From: an uncultured Bacteriovoracaceae bacterium
Lineage (GTDB): Bacteria > Bdellovibrionota > Bacteriovoracia > Bacteriovoracales > Bacteriovoracaceae
Length of the DNA stretch: 58,415 nucleotides
Direction: 5' to 3'
NCBI GenBank assembly: GCA_964350135.1
Contig: CAYGJN010000001.1
Span: 110-58,524, forward strand
The notes beneath the pieces are model-generated. The model saw only the letters and a program-made list of their open reading frames with translations. It made no database searches and had not been told where the DNA came from. The position numbers and the translations under genes were made by a program. Position 1 is the stretch's first letter, and the number at the start of each line of letters is the position of its first letter. This document shows positions 55,522-58,415 of this stretch, in pieces.

Positions 55522-58203
55522 ATGGACACCACGCAAAAGACAAAATTAACCAAGCAGAACGGTCAAATATCTGTATTCTTAGCTGTAATCGTGGTTTTGG
55601 CCATCGCGCTTATGGCCTTTATTATCAATATTGGTATTTTTGTTAAGAGTAAAATCAATTTGCAAAACGCAGTGGACGCAGCAGCGTACTCAGGAGCGGC
55701 AGTTCAGGCACGCCAATTAACAGAGATTGGTTATATGAACTGGGAGATGAGAAATATTTATAAAGAGTGGATGTATAAATATTATGTTCTTGGTCATCTT
55801 GGTTTAACGGACACAAAAAGATCTAATATTCTTGATGGAGGAATGGATTTTAGACTTCCTCCTACTGTAACAAATGCAGGCTCAGTGCTTGCCGGTAGAG
55901 AAAATTATAACAGACAAGACCCTTTCAATATTCCATCAGTTTGTATCACTTATGCGAACTCATTTAATATTTGTGACACTTATGTTTTGCCTGGGCTTCC
56001 TCGTTTTGAATCACTTGGACTTCCAGGAATTGATGAAACACATAATGCCTTTGTTAAAAACTTAGTGGAACAAAAATCAAAAGACTGTTCATCTAGATCT
56101 AAAGTTAACTTCACCGTGGCCAGACAATGGAGTTATGGAATCTTTGATCCCAATGTAAGTGCAGCTTTACCTGCCAATGCTCCAAGAATAGCCCTTGATA
56201 AAATGGGAGCTTTTCCAAAGGCCCTAGAAGCTGCTATCCGGGTTCGTAATATGGAGAGAATTGTAAATGAGCCACCCAAGAACTCAATTGCAAGATCTGC
56301 ACAGGCTCCTATTTGTAATGAACTAGGAGGTTGTCGCCCCTTAACTGAACTTGAATCTCTTTCAGCTACCTACGATGCTCCCATTCATGAAAGAACCATT
56401 AAGGCTTTTTGGGCCGGCTACAGGAATCTTGCTAAAAGCCCTGATGGTGAGCCAAATAATATGAAAGATAATTTTGTGCTCACTGAAATCTCACCAACTC
56501 CACTAGTGGGAAATGATTTTGATTCAGAACTTTCATTTTATCTGATGAAGCAAACAACTGTTAATGGTTATAATTCAAGTGAAAAACATTATCTTGATTT
56601 AAAACCTTATCTTTTAAATCTCTCTATTTTTTATACTTTATTTGCTTCAGATGAGGGCCAAGGGGGCGCCAATACTCCTACCACACAGGCAGAATGTGGA
56701 GCCACCAAAGTTGCCATTCCTGTTCCTGGTTACCCTTTGGGTTTTGTTAAAAATCCTAATCTTGTTACTTATTATGCGGTTAAAGGTGAAACTTATTTCA
56801 CAGGTTTATTGAATCCTTTTCTTGGACCTATTCGTATGGTTGCTTATGGTGCAGCTAAGCCATTTGGTGGAAAAATTGGTCCACAAATTTTTAATACAGG
56901 CGGAACTGATATTAAGCCTCGTGAAAAATATAGTTTCTCTTATCTTTCCGGACTTAATATTCCATCTCCTAATTACAAACTAGGCTTTCCATTACCATTT
57001 GATCAAATTTTTTGGGTAGATTCAGGGACAGATAGTGTTATTGGTGGAACCCCGAGTGCATCTAGCGCTTCAACAAAGTTTGCAATTCCAAATCTTCCTT
57101 ATGATTTTACCACAAGTGGTGCCTCTGGGTTTGCCACAGGCTCTGAGTCCATGGAAAGCATTAATCAAAACACAATAGTAGGTGCTGGTGGCGCCCAAAA
57201 TATAGGTGGTCTTTATAGCCGTTCACAATTTTTTAAATTTAAAGGTAGTGATATTTTAAATACTAATCTGATAGGAGATGCAGATATTGATAAGGCCATT
57301 TATCGAATGTATGCACCTACTGGCTATGAAGCTGGAAATTATTTAATCCCCACACTTGAAAAACATAATAAAGCTCAACAAGTAAGCTCCGTGGGTTTTA
57401 TTCCATCTCTTGATAATGATAGTGCGGTTTTAAGAGAATCAGATCCATTAAAATACAATATTTACGCCCCTATCTTTGGAGATGGGTTGTTATATTCTGG
57501 ACCTGGTGATCTCAAGGACTTACTAGAGCGCTATATTAATCAAAATAAAGGGGCCATCGATCTCTATTTAAACTCTCTTAAAGAAGTAGCACAAGGCATG
57601 ATAGATCTTGATAATGCTGGAGGTGGGGGAAAATATGTAAGAGCTGCTGCAACTATTCATGAAGGAAATAATCTTACATGTAGTAGTATTGCAGGAAATT
57701 TTAGTCAGTTCTTTTTTGGTAATATTAATGCAGGATCAGATTGCCCTGAATATCTAGTATCTACAATAATAGATTATTGGCAGCAAAGAATTGGCGAGGC
57801 CGACGGGGTTTTTAAAAACTACTACAATTCTCCTTATATTGCTCCACAGGATGTAAGTGATAGTGGGGCTCCTGAAAATGATAATCAACTAGGGATAAAA
57901 AAGTATATGACTGGCTATTTACCCGGGACCAAACATGGAGCAAATCCAGATACCGGAAGCGGGCTTAACCCTTTTAGTGCAACTGGCGACACAGCAAGCC
58001 ATAGAAGAAATTTTTATTCAGTGAAGCTTATCCCATTGCAATCCTTAAGAGGAGCAGGGGCAACATCTTATCAAAACGATGGGTTTAGCCTTTATGCAGA
58101 GAGTATGAGGTCCAATTCTTACAATGGTCCTCCTGATATTCTTACTAAAAGTTTCCAAAATCCGGTTAATGACCCCCAGGAGTTAGAGGAAGTTTTTCAA
58201 TAA
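55522..58203 (+). CDS. Large TadG-like protein (N-terminal Tad_N / TadE-G-like pseudopilin-type segment)
   Basis: NGQISVFLAVIVVLAIALMAFIINIGIFVKSKINLQNAVDAAAYSGA matches the Tad_N pattern. Start at ATG 55522 (aagg upstream). The ORF-track start is 55465. Confidence 0.6.
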   Translation: MDTTQKTKLTKQNGQISVFLAVIVVLAIALMAFIINIGIFVKSKINLQNAVDAAAYSGAAVQARQLTEIGYMNWEMRNIYKEWMYKYYVLGHLGLTDTKRSNILDGGMDFRLPPTVTNAGSVLAGRENYNRQDPFNIPSVCITYANSFNICDTYVLPGLPRFESLGLPGIDETHNAFVKNLVEQKSKDCSSRSKVNFTVARQWSYGIFDPNVSAALPANAPRIALDKMGAFPKALEAAIRVRNMERIVNEPPKNSIARSAQAPICNELGGCRPLTELESLSATYDAPIHERTIKAFWAGYRNLAKSPDGEPNNMKDNFVLTEISPTPLVGNDFDSELSFYLMKQTTVNGYNSSEKHYLDLKPYLLNLSIFYTLFASDEGQGGANTPTTQAECGATKVAIPVPGYPLGFVKNPNLVTYYAVKGETYFTGLLNPFLGPIRMVAYGAAKPFGGKIGPQIFNTGGTDIKPREKYSFSYLSGLNIPSPNYKLGFPLPFDQIFWVDSGTDSVIGGTPSASSASTKFAIPNLPYDFTTSGASGFATGSESMESINQNTIVGAGGAQNIGGLYSRSQFFKFKGSDILNTNLIGDADIDKAIYRMYAPTGYEAGNYLIPTLEKHNKAQQVSSVGFIPSLDNDSAVLRESDPLKYNIYAPIFGDGLLYSGPGDLKDLLERYINQNKGAIDLYLNSLKEVAQGMIDLDNAGGGGKYVRAAATIHEGNNLTCSSIAGNFSQFFFGNINAGSDCPEYLVSTIIDYWQQRIGEADGVFKNYYNSPYIAPQDVSDSGAPENDNQLGIKKYMTGYLPGTKHGANPDTGSGLNPFSATGDTASHRRNFYSVKLIPLQSLRGAGATSYQNDGFSLYAESMRSNSYNGPPDILTKSFQNPVNDPQELEEVFQ

Positions 58204-58269
58204 GCCCTTGATAAAAGGGAGCGCTCATCTTATATCTTTAATTAGCTATATATTTAAAAGTGAGGATCC

Positions 58270-58377
58270 ATGGCCCGCAAAAAGACGACAAAGAAAAAAA
58301 CGACTAAAAAGAAAGTAGCCAAGAAAAAAGCAACTAAGAAGAAAGTTGCGAAGAAGAAAGCAACTAACAACAAATGA
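58270..58377 (+). CDS. Unannotated 35-aa lysine-repeat basic protein (histone H1-tail / Hc1-like composition)
   Basis: gtgagga Shine-Dalgarno 5 nt before the ATG. Translation MARKKTTKKKTTKKKVAKKKATKKKVAKKKATNNK, stop TGA 58375-58377. Below the size cutoff of the ORF track. Confidence 0.5.
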   Translation: MARKKTTKKKTTKKKVAKKKATKKKVAKKKATNNK

Positions 58378-58415
58378 GCGAAGACGAAAGGGACTAAGAA
58401 CAAGTAGGCCGTCAA

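Noticed and set aside
58270-58415. Periodic repeats at the right edge as a possible CRISPR array or satellite
   Set aside because: The period is 15-30 nt with no spacer-like unique segments. It maintains an open reading frame of Lys codons behind a Shine-Dalgarno sequence, so a coding repeat explains it better.
1-58415. Mobile elements, prophage, defence islands, rRNA/tRNA genes
   Set aside because: I found no transposase, integrase, recombinase, restriction-modification, toxin-antitoxin or Cas-like motif in any translated ORF. No tRNA-like cloverleaf or terminal inverted repeats were found either. The glycan operon shows no flanking direct repeats that I could see.

Overview
AT-rich, densely packed bacterial chromosomal window. 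Composition and gene content (several HD-GYP proteins, TadG-like and LamG lipoproteins, PEGA lipoprotein) suggest a Bdellovibrionota/Oligoflexia-type organism, but that is only an impression. All product calls come from motifs read in the supplied translations; no searches were run. I support about 60 protein-coding genes and recognise no rRNA, tRNA, CRISPR array, transposase or integrase. There are three blocks. (i) 1-4.9 kb holds an edge-truncated repeat protein, envelope proteins, and a dioxygenase/methyltransferase pair. (ii) 4972-20713 is one minus-strand, translationally coupled 16-gene operon for a legionaminic/pseudaminic-type nonulosonic acid glycan. It carries a LegB/C/H/I/F-like core, a CBS-nucleotidyltransferase, a second aminotransferase, a PIG-L deacetylase, a formyltransferase, a GT-A-like protein, a second cytidylyltransferase, a GNAT, a KpsS/KpsC-like transferase and an MsbA-like ABC exporter. 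(iii) 20.8-58.4 kb is mostly core genes (feoAB, exported msrAB, leuS, rluD-pgeF, VKOR-DsbA fusion, tatD, yhaM-like, gap-pgk-tpiA-secG, ssb), mixed with c-di-GMP signalling genes, lipoproteins and orphans. Most notable observations: a ~150-nt GC-rich, multi-helix non-coding island with mutually exclusive pairings between the divergent LamG-lipoprotein and TadG-like genes (candidate unclassified riboswitch-like leader or sRNA); the deacetylase/formyltransferase tailoring logic and KpsS-like transferase in the glycan operon; a MinD/ParA-like ATPase coupled to an HPD-less J-like/RodZ-type HTH protein; a well-spaced sigma-54 promoter in front of a small secreted protein; and an unannotated 35-aa lysine-repeat ORF at the right edge.
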